From an uncultured Eubacteriales bacterium (GTDB lineage Bacteria; Bacillota; Clostridia; Oscillospirales; QAMX01): a stretch of DNA of 64,000 bases. The translations under genes and the position numbers were made by a program. The stretch is from assembly GCA_959600635.1 (NCBI GenBank), contig CAUGMN010000001.1:17854-81853 (forward strand), in the 5' to 3' direction. The notes beneath the pieces were generated by a model. The model saw nothing but the letters and a program-made list of their open reading frames with translations, was not told the origin of the DNA and did not search any database. How positions within the stretch are numbered: position 1 is the first letter of the stretch; every line of letters begins with the position of its first letter. This document shows, one piece after another, positions 47,754 to 55,623 of the stretch.

Positions 47754-48158
47754 CAGCCCGTTTCAGCAGAAGCGAAGCGCGCCGCGCTGCCCATAGCCCG
47801 AATCGCCGCAAAACGTGGCGGGGCGAAATGGCCGCTGCTCGCCGCCTTTGAAACGGCGGGGCGGCTCTTCGAGGCCGTCGACGGCGCGGAGGATACCGTG
47901 CTCGTGCCGTATGACGGCGGGGCGGGGCGGCTCATTGAACGGCTTTCCGAGCCGGAGCTGTCGCCGTACGAGGCGGCAGGCCTCATGCGCAGAGCGCAGC
48001 GGTACGCCGTCAGCCTTTACGAACCGACGCGCCGGAGTCTGGAACGCCGCGGTGCGCTGCGCCTGCTTCCATGCGGCGCATACGCGCTGGAAAAGGCTTT
48101 CTATGATGAGGAGACCGGCGTCCATGAAGAAGGAAAATGGGATTTCTTAGAGGGGTAG
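47754..48158 (+). pseudogene. cas3: Probable 3'-terminal remnant of cas3 (type I-C): about 135 codons with no plausible start
   Basis: The frame is open from the stop at 47751. It reads ...GAKWPLLAAFETAGRLFEAVDGAEDTVLVPYDGG...LMRRAQRYAVSLYEPTRRSLERRGALRLL...FYDEETGVHEEGKWDFLEG and ends 77 nt before cas5c, where cas3 ends in canonical I-C operons. The resemblance to Cas3 C-terminal domains is from memory, not a search. Confidence 0.35.
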
Positions 48159-48235
48159 ATAGAGAAGCGCCGCCGAACCGGCGACCGAACCGTAAAAAAG
48201 CGGCAAAAGAAGAAATATAGAAAGGCTGTGGTGGA

Positions 48236-48958
48236 ATGACCCGCGAAAACAAGCTCTCGTTTCTCGTTCGGGGACAATACGCGCTGTTTGCCGACCCGCT
48301 GACAAAGGCGGGCGGTGAAAAATTCAGCTATCAGATTCCCACCTATCAGGCGATGAAGGGCATTGCCGAGTCGGTTTACTGGAAGCCGACGTTTGTCTGG
48401 TATATCGACCGAGTCCGCGTGATGAAACGGATCCAGACCGAGGCCAAGGGCATCCGGCCGATCCGCTATGGCGGCGGCAACGACCTGAGCATCTACACAT
48501 ACCTGCGCGACGTGGCTTATCAGGTGGAGGCGCACTTCGAGTGGAACCAAAGCCGGCCGGAGCTGGCCGCCGACCGCAACGAGGACAAGCACTATCAGAT
48601 CGCCAAGCGCATGATCGAGCGCGGCGGGCGGCGCGACGTTTTTTTAGGGGCGCGTGAGTGTCAGGCGTATGTCGAGCCCTGCGGCTTCGGGGACGGGAAG
48701 GGCGATTACGACGGAAAGGCGCTGGCGTTCGGCGTGATGTACCACTCAATGGTCTACCCGGGCGAGGGCCAAAACGTTCACAATATGCTGCGGGCGGCGT
48801 TCTGGCGCGCGGAAATGCGCGACGGAATCATCAAATTCCCGCGGCCGGAGCAGTGCAGAATGAGCAGAGATATCAGGCCGATGGAGCCGAAATCGTTTGT
48901 CATAGGCGAGAACGTTTCCGGCTGGAAGACCGTCGCCGCTGGGGAGGGGCTTCTATGA
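48236..48958 (+). CDS. cas5: Type I-C CRISPR-associated protein Cas5c (Cas5d, pre-crRNA endoribonuclease)
   Basis: [57 protein letters not shown]...[16 protein letters not shown]...[19 protein letters not shown] is the textbook Cas5d pattern. 240 aa. Confidence 0.92.
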   Translation: MTRENKLSFLVRGQYALFADPLTKAGGEKFSYQIPTYQAMKGIAESVYWKPTFVWYIDRVRVMKRIQTEAKGIRPIRYGGGNDLSIYTYLRDVAYQVEAHFEWNQSRPELAADRNEDKHYQIAKRMIERGGRRDVFLGARECQAYVEPCGFGDGKGDYDGKALAFGVMYHSMVYPGEGQNVHNMLRAAFWRAEMRDGIIKFPRPEQCRMSRDIRPMEPKSFVIGENVSGWKTVAAGEGLL

Positions 48959-50949
48959 GCTGGATGCAAAAGCTCTGCGAGACGTATGAAAACTGCGCCG
49001 GCGAGGTCGGCCGCATCGACGCGCCGGACGAAAAAGGGCGCACCGCCATGCCGCTGCTGCCGCTCTGCCACACCACGCAGAACGCGCAGATCGAGATCAC
49101 CATCGATTCTGACGGCGAATGGGTATCGGACGGTGTCTTTTTTGTCTCCAAGGCCGATTCGCTGACGATTATCCCCTGCACCGAGGAATCGGCCAACCGC
49201 ACCAGCGGCCTCAGCCCGCACCCGCTGTTTGACAAGCTGCAATATCTCGCCGGCGACTATGCCGCCTTCGGCGGGAAAAAGCAGAGCGGCTATGTTTTGT
49301 ACATTGAAGCGCTCGCAAAATGGTGCGCCTCGGAGTTCGCGCTGCCGGCGCTGCGGGCGGTGTTCGCCTATCTGCAAAAGGGGCGGCTGATCGCCGACCT
49401 CGTTGCCGAGCGCGTGCTTCCGCTGGCGGCTAACGGAAAGCTGATGGAAAAATGGGAGGGCGAGGGGGAAGCGCCGTCGATTTTCGGGGTGATCGCCGAC
49501 CCGTCGGACGCGTTTGTGCGCTTCCGCGTGCGCGACCCGCAGAAGGGCGACGACGCGCTGTTCTGCGATGAGGAGGTTCGCAAAGCCTACATCGATTATC
49601 AGACGAGTCTGGTGCGCCAGATGGATCTGTGCATGGTGCGGGGCGAGTGGATGCCGCGCGCCGCGTTCAGCCCCGCCAAGCTGCGCAGCACCGGCGACAG
49701 GGCGAAGCTGATCTCCGCCAACGACTCGGACGGCTTTACCTACCGCGGCCGTTTTACCGCCAAGGAGCAGGCGTTCAGCGTCGGCTTTGAGACGACAAGC
49801 AAGGCGCACAACGCGCTCAAATGGCTGGTTTCGCGGCGGGGCTGGAAAAACGGCGATCAGGTCGTTCTGGCGTGGGGAACGCGGAACGAGGAGACGCCGC
49901 CGGTTTCCGAACGGCTCAGCGGTATCGAGATGATGTTCGCGCCTCCGGCCGAGGCGAACGCCGGCACGAATCGCATCTACGCCGGTCAAGTCCGCCTTGC
50001 GCTCGGCGGCTATTACGCCGGCCTGACGGAGGACAGCTCCGTCGCCGTCATGGTGCTGGACTCGACCAGCGGCATGCAGGGGAGGCTGTCGATCCCCTAT
50101 TACCGTGAGATGGGCGGCGGCGAGCTGCTCGACCGGCTTGCCGCATGGAACGGAAGCTGCCGCTGGTATTTGCCGGCCTCGGAGGCGGACGGGCGCGGCG
50201 AGTTTGTCGGCTCGCCGGCTTTGAAAGAGATTGCCGAGGCCGCTTACGGCGCCGAGGCGGGCGAGAAGCTCGTCAAAAAGGCCGTCGAACGGCTGCTGCC
50301 GTGCATTCTTGACGAGCGGCCGCTGCCGCGCGATATCGTCGCGCGCGCGGCGGGAGCCGCGTCCAGACCGCAGCCGGCGGAGCCGCAGCGCTGGCGGCGG
50401 ACGCTGGCCGTCGCCTGCGCGCTGGTGAGAAAAGCGAGAAATGATGATTGCCATAAGGAGGCTTACAGCATGGCCCTGGATCTGAAACAAACAGACCGCT
50501 CCTACCTGTTCGGTCGCCTGCTCGCCTGCGCCGAGCAGGCGGAAACGCTCGCGCTGCTCAGCGACGCGGGGAAAAACGGCGGGGAGGACGGCGGCGGACG
50601 CGCCAAGATCCGCCAGACCAACGCCGTCCGGTTTATGCAGGCGTTCAGCGTCCGGCCGCTGAGCATCTGGCGCTATCTCGAAGAACAGCTGAACAGGGCG
50701 TATTATTCCAAGCTCAGAGACAACGGGAGCTATTTTGCCGGGCTGATCACCGAAATCATCGGCCTGTTCGAGCCGGGGGACGCGGAGGCGGGAACCGAAC
50801 CGGGCTTTTCCAACAGGCGCCTCGACGACACCTATCTGCTCGGCTATCACCTGCAACTCGCGGCGCTGCGCCGCCCGCGGGAAAAAACCGCGAAAAGCGC
50901 GGAAGCGCCTGAAAATACAGCGGCGGCCGGCACCGCCGACGGCCAATAA
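48955..50949 (+). CDS. cas8c: Type I-C large subunit Cas8c (Csd1)
   Basis: [16 protein letters not shown]...[26 protein letters not shown] is the Csd1 N-terminus. 664 aa. The ATG overlaps the cas5 stop (ATGA). The track ORF from 48658 is an over-extension. Confidence 0.9.
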   Translation: MSWMQKLCETYENCAGEVGRIDAPDEKGRTAMPLLPLCHTTQNAQIEITIDSDGEWVSDGVFFVSKADSLTIIPCTEESANRTSGLSPHPLFDKLQYLAGDYAAFGGKKQSGYVLYIEALAKWCASEFALPALRAVFAYLQKGRLIADLVAERVLPLAANGKLMEKWEGEGEAPSIFGVIADPSDAFVRFRVRDPQKGDDALFCDEEVRKAYIDYQTSLVRQMDLCMVRGEWMPRAAFSPAKLRSTGDRAKLISANDSDGFTYRGRFTAKEQAFSVGFETTSKAHNALKWLVSRRGWKNGDQVVLAWGTRNEETPPVSERLSGIEMMFAPPAEANAGTNRIYAGQVRLALGGYYAGLTEDSSVAVMVLDSTSGMQGRLSIPYYREMGGGELLDRLAAWNGSCRWYLPASEADGRGEFVGSPALKEIAEAAYGAEAGEKLVKKAVERLLPCILDERPLPRDIVARAAGAASRPQPAEPQRWRRTLAVACALVRKARNDDCHKEAYSMALDLKQTDRSYLFGRLLACAEQAETLALLSDAGKNGGEDGGGRAKIRQTNAVRFMQAFSVRPLSIWRYLEEQLNRAYYSKLRDNGSYFAGLITEIIGLFEPGDAEAGTEPGFSNRRLDDTYLLGYHLQLAALRRPREKTAKSAEAPENTAAAGTADGQ

Positions 50950-50973
50950 AGAAAGAGAGAGGGAGTTCTTCAC

Positions 50974-51798
50974 ATGGGTATTCTCAACACAAAAATCGAT
51001 TTCGCCGCCATTCTCAGCGTCGTCAACGCCAATCCAAACGGAGACCCGCTGACGGGTAACCAGCCGCGCGTCACCTATGCGGGCGTCGGGGAGATCTCCG
51101 ACGTCTGCATCAAGCGCAAGCTGCGCAACCGCCTGATGGATGCGGGCTGTCCCATCTTCGTCCAGTCGGACGACCGCGCCGCGGACGGCTTCAAAAGTCT
51201 CAAAGAGCGCGCCGAGAGCGTGCCGGAACTGAAAAAGGAAAAGGACCGCGACAAATTTGCCCAAATCGCCTGTGAAAAATGGCTGGACGTGCGGGCTTTC
51301 GGGCAGGTGTTCGCGTTCAAGGGCGACGAGATGTCCGTCGGCGTGCGCGGGCCGGTGTCCGTGCATCCGGCGTTCAGCGTCGAACCGGTCACGGTCGTCA
51401 GCACACAGATCACCAAGAGCGTCAACAGCGTGCCGGGGCCGAAAAAAAGCTCGGACACCATGGGGATGAAGCACCGCGTCGAGCGCGGCGTCTACGTCGC
51501 ATACGGCAGCGTCAACTGCCAGCTCGCCGAAAAGACCGGCTTCACCGAGGCGGACGCCGAGGAAATCCGCAAAGCGCTCTGCACACTGTTTGAAAACGAC
51601 GCTTCCTCCGCCCGCCCCGACGGAAGCATGGCGGTGCGCGAGGTGTTCTGGTGGCGACATAACTGCAAATCCGGACAGTATTCTTCGGCGAAGGTACATG
51701 GCTCGATCACGGTCAAACCGTCGGACGAAGCGCCGTTCTACACCATAGAGCGCCATGACCTCGACGGACTGACGCCGGAAGTGTATGAAGGAATATGA
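50974..51798 (+). CDS. cas7: Type I-C backbone subunit Cas7c (Csd2)
   Basis: FAAILSVVNANPNGDPLTGNQPRVTYAGVGEISDVCIKRKLRNRL is the Csd2/DevR-family signature. 274 aa. GAGAGGGAG RBS. Confidence 0.92.
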   Translation: MGILNTKIDFAAILSVVNANPNGDPLTGNQPRVTYAGVGEISDVCIKRKLRNRLMDAGCPIFVQSDDRAADGFKSLKERAESVPELKKEKDRDKFAQIACEKWLDVRAFGQVFAFKGDEMSVGVRGPVSVHPAFSVEPVTVVSTQITKSVNSVPGPKKSSDTMGMKHRVERGVYVAYGSVNCQLAEKTGFTEADAEEIRKALCTLFENDASSARPDGSMAVREVFWWRHNCKSGQYSSAKVHGSITVKPSDEAPFYTIERHDLDGLTPEVYEGI

Positions 51799-52188
51799 CG
51801 AAGCCGATTTCCTGCCGTTGCCAGGCTTGCAGCATTTCATTTTCTGCCGGAGGCAGTTCGCGCTGATTCACATCGAACAGCAATGGCGGGAAAACCTGCG
51901 CGCGGCCGAGGGCCGTCTCCTGCACGAAAACGCGCATGACGGCGGTCTGCTCGTCTCCCGCGCCCTGCCCGTCTTTTCGCGGACGCTCGGCGTGCGCGCG
52001 CAGAATTCCGTGTTTGAGTGCGTACTGGATGCGGCGACGGAACGAATGCTGCGGCATCAGCTAACCGGGCTGATCGATCCGGAGCGCGATAGCCTGCGGT
52101 TTTACCGTATGGGAACAAGGATCGGCAAAAAGCCGAGCATATCGGCGCTAAACCGGCAATCGACGTTGCACAGCCCCTGATCGTGTAA
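51785..52188 (+). pseudogene. Deletion scar: Cas4 N-terminus (about 68 aa) fused to the Cas2 C-terminus, with an extra frameshift; cas1 entirely missing
   Basis: MKEYDEADFLPLPGLQHFIFCRRQFALIHIEQQWRENLRAAEGRLLHENAH...RALPVFSRTLGV is a Cas4 (I-C) N-terminus. It is joined to RAQNSVFECVLDAATERMLRHQLTGLIDPERDSLRFYRMG, a Cas2 core. The canonical Cas2 tail KAEHIGAKPAIDVAQPLIV-stop (ending at 52188) is readable only in another frame, after the A-run near 52125. Confidence 0.75.
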
Positions 52189-52337
52189 CTGCGCGGCGGT
52201 GCGAAATCAAAGCGCACATGATTTTTCTGGGCGTTTCGCACCGGAAATTCGCGGAAAAAAACGTGTGGCTGTGGTTTGATTGGCGGCTTTGCCTTGGAAG
52301 TCAACATGAAAAGGGGAGGATTTTATCGGTTTTTGCT

Positions 52338-52438
52338 GACGCGCCCCGCGAGGGGCGCGAGGATTGAAATAAAAAAACGCGCGGCCAATTGTCAGAACGT
52401 CTGACGACGCGCCCCCCGAGGGGCGCGAGGATTCAAAT
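52338..52438 (+). CRISPR. Minimal type I-C CRISPR array: 2 repeats, 1 spacer
   Basis: R1 (52338-52370) is GACGCGCCCCGCGAGGGGCGCGAGGATTGAAAT. The spacer (52371-52405, 35 nt) is AAAAAAACGCGCGGCCAATTGTCAGAACGTCTGAC. R2 (52406-52438) is GACGCGCCCCCCGAGGGGCGCGAGGATTCAAAT. The repeat has the I-C architecture (7-bp GC stem, tetraloop, ATTGAAA(T/C) tail). It sits downstream of the cas2 remnant in the same orientation. Confidence 0.7.
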
Positions 52439-52466
52439 GTCTGCTCGATTTTTTTTATCGTTCCGC

Positions 52467-52520
52467 TTGACAAATGACCTTATATTGTATATACTGTATA
52501 TATCGTTTATAGACAGTATA
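52467..52520 (+). promoter_or_regulatory. Promoter plus twin palindromic boxes (candidate YtrA-type GntR operator)
   Basis: TTGACA (52467-52472), 17-nt spacer, TATACT (52490-52495). TATACTGTATA (52490-52500) and TAGACAGTATA (52510-52520) lie 20 bp apart. Confidence 0.55.
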
Positions 52521-52530
52521 ACCGGAGGCG

Positions 52531-52920
52531 ATGTCTTTGGATATCATCATCAGCAATGCAGCCGGCGAGCCGATTTACGAGCAGATCTATACGCAGATCC
52601 GAAACAGCATCGTCTCCGGCGCGCTTGACGCGGGGGAAATGCTGCCGTCGATCCGCGCGCTGGCAAAAGACCTGCGCATCAGCGTCATTACGACCAAGCG
52701 CGCCTATGACGAGCTGGAAAAGGGCGGATACATCCATACCGTCGCCGGCAAAGGCTGTTATGTAGCCGAGAAAAATGTCGAGCTGGTCAGGGAGGCGAGC
52801 CTGCGGCAGATCGAGGAGCATATGCGGGAGATTGCCGGGCTGGCGCAGACCTGCGGCCTGTCGGACGGCGACCTGATCGACATGTATCGTCTCGTCCGGA
52901 AGGAGGAATCGCAACGGTGA
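52531..52920 (+). CDS. GntR family transcriptional regulator, YtrA subfamily
   Basis: PIYEQIYTQIRNSIVSGALDAGEMLPSIRALAKDLRISVITTKRAYDELEKGGYIHTVAGKGCYV. 129 aa, the short YtrA-type effector region. Confidence 0.9.
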   Translation: MSLDIIISNAAGEPIYEQIYTQIRNSIVSGALDAGEMLPSIRALAKDLRISVITTKRAYDELEKGGYIHTVAGKGCYVAEKNVELVREASLRQIEEHMREIAGLAQTCGLSDGDLIDMYRLVRKEESQR

Positions 52921-53768
52921 ACGCGATCGAAGTCAAAAATCTCTGCAAAAGATATTCCGGCTTTGCGCTGGAAAACGTGAGCTTTGCGCTGCCGTCCGGC
53001 AGCATTCTCGGATTGGTCGGGGAGAACGGCGCCGGAAAAAGCACGACGATCAGCCTGATTATGAACGCTGTGTCCCGCGATGCGGGCAGCGTCTCCGTGC
53101 TGGGCGCAGACAATCGCAGCGACGCCTTTATAGAAGTGAAGGAACGGATCGGCGTGGTGCTCGACGAGGCGGATTTTCCCGAGGTGCTCACGCCCAAAAA
53201 CGTCAACGCCGTGATGAAGCGCACCTATCGGAACTGGAACGAAGCGCATTATGCCGGCGCGCTGAAACGCTTTGATCTGCCGGAAAACAAAATGTTCCGC
53301 GACTTTTCGCGCGGCATGAAAATGAAGCTCGCCCTCGCCGTAGCGCTGTCGCACGCGCCGGAGCTGCTCATTCTCGACGAAGCCACAAGCGGGCTTGACC
53401 CGATGATCCGCGACGAAATGCTCGATCTGTTCAACGATTTTACGCGCGACGAGACGCATTCGATTCTTTTTTCGTCGCATATCGTCAGCGATCTGGAAAA
53501 AATCTGCGACTATATCGCTTTTCTCCACAAGGGCCGGCTCCTGCTCTGCGAGGAAAAGGACCGGCTGCTCGAAGAGTATGCCGTCGTCCGGCTGCCGAAG
53601 GCGAGCTTTGCCGCGCTGCCGCCCGAGGCGGTTCATGGAAAAAAGACGGGCGCGTACGGCGTGGAGGCGCTTGTGCGGAAATCGGCCGTTCCGCGCGCCT
53701 TTGCCACGGAGCGAACGAGCCTTGAAGAGATCATCCTGTTTCTGGCGAAGGGGGAGGATTGCAGATGA
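52917..53768 (+). CDS. ABC transporter ATP-binding protein
   Basis: GENGAGKST (Walker A), FSRGMKMKLALA (signature-like), LLILDEATSGLD (Walker B). The GTG start overlaps the gntR stop. Confidence 0.9.
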   Translation: MNAIEVKNLCKRYSGFALENVSFALPSGSILGLVGENGAGKSTTISLIMNAVSRDAGSVSVLGADNRSDAFIEVKERIGVVLDEADFPEVLTPKNVNAVMKRTYRNWNEAHYAGALKRFDLPENKMFRDFSRGMKMKLALAVALSHAPELLILDEATSGLDPMIRDEMLDLFNDFTRDETHSILFSSHIVSDLEKICDYIAFLHKGRLLLCEEKDRLLEEYAVVRLPKASFAALPPEAVHGKKTGAYGVEALVRKSAVPRAFATERTSLEEIILFLAKGEDCR

Positions 53769-54379
53769 AGGGCCTGCTGCTGAAAGATTTTTATACGCTC
53801 GTCAAGCAGATGAAGCTGTTTTTGCTGATGCTCGTCTGTTTTTCGTTGATCCCCAACCTCTCGGTCACGAGCTTTGCGATTGTCTATGCGGCGCTGCTTC
53901 CCGTCACCGCGCTCGCCTATGACGAGCGCTCGAAATGGGACCGGCTGGCGGCGATGATGCCGTATTCGCTGCGCAGCCTCGTGCTGAGCAAATATCTGCT
54001 CGGCTATGCCGCCGTCGGCGGGGCGGCGCTGCTGTCCGCTGCCGCGCAGGCGGCCGTGGGAGCGGTGAAGGGGCAGCCGTTTGCGCCCGAAGGTATGGCT
54101 GTACTGCTGGCGGCCGTCTGTGTGGGCGCGCTGCTGCTGGCGGTCGATCTGCCGTTTGTGTTCCGTATGGGTGTGGAGAAGGGGCGGTTTATTTTTCTGA
54201 TTCTGACCGTTTTGACGGCGGTGGCTTCTATGACGCTGCGCGACTGGCTGGCTCCGCTGATCGAGACAGCCGGCCTGCACCGGACGGCGGCGGCGCTGTG
54301 CATCGCGCTCTTCACCGTCTTGGCGAACGCCGTATCGGCTGCGGTCGCTGTCCGGCAGTATGCGCGCCGGAGACGGTAG
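53765..54379 (+). CDS. ABC-2 type transporter permease
   Basis: MKGLLLKDFYTLVKQMKLFLL..., 6 TM segments. The ATG follows GGGGGAGG and overlaps the ATPase stop. Confidence 0.7.
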   Translation: MKGLLLKDFYTLVKQMKLFLLMLVCFSLIPNLSVTSFAIVYAALLPVTALAYDERSKWDRLAAMMPYSLRSLVLSKYLLGYAAVGGAALLSAAAQAAVGAVKGQPFAPEGMAVLLAAVCVGALLLAVDLPFVFRMGVEKGRFIFLILTVLTAVASMTLRDWLAPLIETAGLHRTAAALCIALFTVLANAVSAAVAVRQYARRRR

Positions 54380-54601
54380 GGACGCAGGAAAGGCGCGGCA
54401 TCGATTTCAAAGCGCTCAAAACGGGGCGGCTGCGGCTGTGAAGGCCGGAGCCGCCCTCTCTTTTGGGAGGCGTCCGCCGTCCGGCGCGGCTTGGCAGGAG
54501 CGGACATCTGGCCGCACGGGGAAGCGAACCGCCCGCGGCTTGTAATCGGGAGGGGAATATGGTATGATAACGGCGGAGCTGAGAGCAGAGGAGGTCTGGC
54601 G

Positions 54602-55534
54602 ATGATCGTCTCCGCGTCCCGCCGCACGGATATCCCGTGCTTCTATGCCGAATGGATGATGAACCGGTTCCGCGCCGGCTACGCGCTGGCGCGAAACCCC
54701 ATGAATCACGCGCAGCTCGCGCGCGTGCCGCTGACGCCCGACGTCGTCGACTGCGTCGTCTTCTGGACAAAGGACGCGGCCAATCTTCTGCCGTGCCTCG
54801 GCGAGCTTGATGAGCACGGCTACGCCTATTACTTTCAGTTTACGCTGACGCCCTATGACCGCGCCCTCGAACCGAACCTGCGCGGCAAGGCGGAGATCGC
54901 GGCGACGTTCCGCGCGCTCTCCAAGCGCATCGGCAGCCGGCGCGTCGTCTGGCGCTACGATCCGGTGATTCTCAACGATTCGCTCGGCGTCCAGTGGCAC
55001 AAGGCGCAGTTTGAGCGCCTGTGCGGACAGCTGGCCGGGTATACCGATACGGTGACCGTCAGCTTTGTCGACCTGTATCCGAAGCTGAAAACCGACCGGA
55101 TCCGCGCCGTTCTCCCGGCTGAACGCGCCGAGCTGGCCGGCTTTTTTGCCGAGACGGCGCGGGAGCACGGTCTCCGCGCCGCGGCCTGCTGCGAGGCCGG
55201 CGACCTGCGCCCGTATGGGCTCGAGCGCGCAAGCTGTATCGACCGCGCCCGGATCGAGGCGCTGCTTGGCTGCCGGCTCGATACGCCGCCGGACAAAAAC
55301 CAGCGCGCCGGCTGCGGCTGCTGCCGCAGCGTCGATATCGGCGCGTACAACACCTGCGGCAACGGCTGCGTTTACTGCTACGCCAATCACAGCGCCGCGT
55401 CGGCGCGCAAAAACCTCGCGGCGCACCGGCCGGACGGCGAGCTGCTGTTCGGAGAGGCGCTGCCGGGCGAAAAAATCACGGAGCGGCGTTTTGTCTCCGA
55501 GGCCGTGCGGCAGAGCGGCCTGCCCGGGCTGTGA
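54602..55534 (+). CDS. DUF1848 domain protein (Cys-cluster protein of unknown function)
   Basis: MIVSASRRTDIPCFYAEWMMNRFRAGY...VVFWTKD...YYFQFTLTPY... and C-terminal GCGCCRSVDIGAYNTCGNGCVYCYAN match my recollection of DUF1848. The ATG at 54602 follows GAGGAGG. Confidence 0.7.
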   Translation: MIVSASRRTDIPCFYAEWMMNRFRAGYALARNPMNHAQLARVPLTPDVVDCVVFWTKDAANLLPCLGELDEHGYAYYFQFTLTPYDRALEPNLRGKAEIAATFRALSKRIGSRRVVWRYDPVILNDSLGVQWHKAQFERLCGQLAGYTDTVTVSFVDLYPKLKTDRIRAVLPAERAELAGFFAETAREHGLRAAACCEAGDLRPYGLERASCIDRARIEALLGCRLDTPPDKNQRAGCGCCRSVDIGAYNTCGNGCVYCYANHSAASARKNLAAHRPDGELLFGEALPGEKITERRFVSEAVRQSGLPGL

Positions 55535-55623
55535 GGCGGGCCGGCGGCGGCGCTCTGAACAGGGCCCGGAAACAGGAGACGAAGACGGCGACAAACCGAT
55601 TATAATTTGATAGAACGGGAGAG

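Noticed and set aside
48778-51840. A 1020-aa minus-strand ORF spanning cas8c and cas7c.
   Set aside because: It is antisense to three ORFs with clear Cas signatures. Its composition is dominated by Arg/Ala/Gly/Pro, as expected for the reverse frame of GC-rich coding DNA. It has no RBS and no recognisable domain, so I treat it as a high-GC artefact.
52290-52326. A possible third, degenerate CRISPR repeat (…GAAAAGGGGAGGATTTTAT) in the leader.
   Set aside because: Only the GAGGATT core resembles the repeat and there is no GC stem. It ends just 11 nt before R1, which is incompatible with a spacer.
46191-52500. The idea that the nuclease-less Cascade belongs to a CRISPR-associated transposon (CAST).
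   Set aside because: No tnsA/tnsB/tnsC/tniQ-like genes, transposase, or Tn7-type terminal repeats are visible within the window on either side. The neighbours are a phosphoesterase, MerR and a GntR-ABC operon. This cannot be excluded beyond the window, but nothing here supports it.
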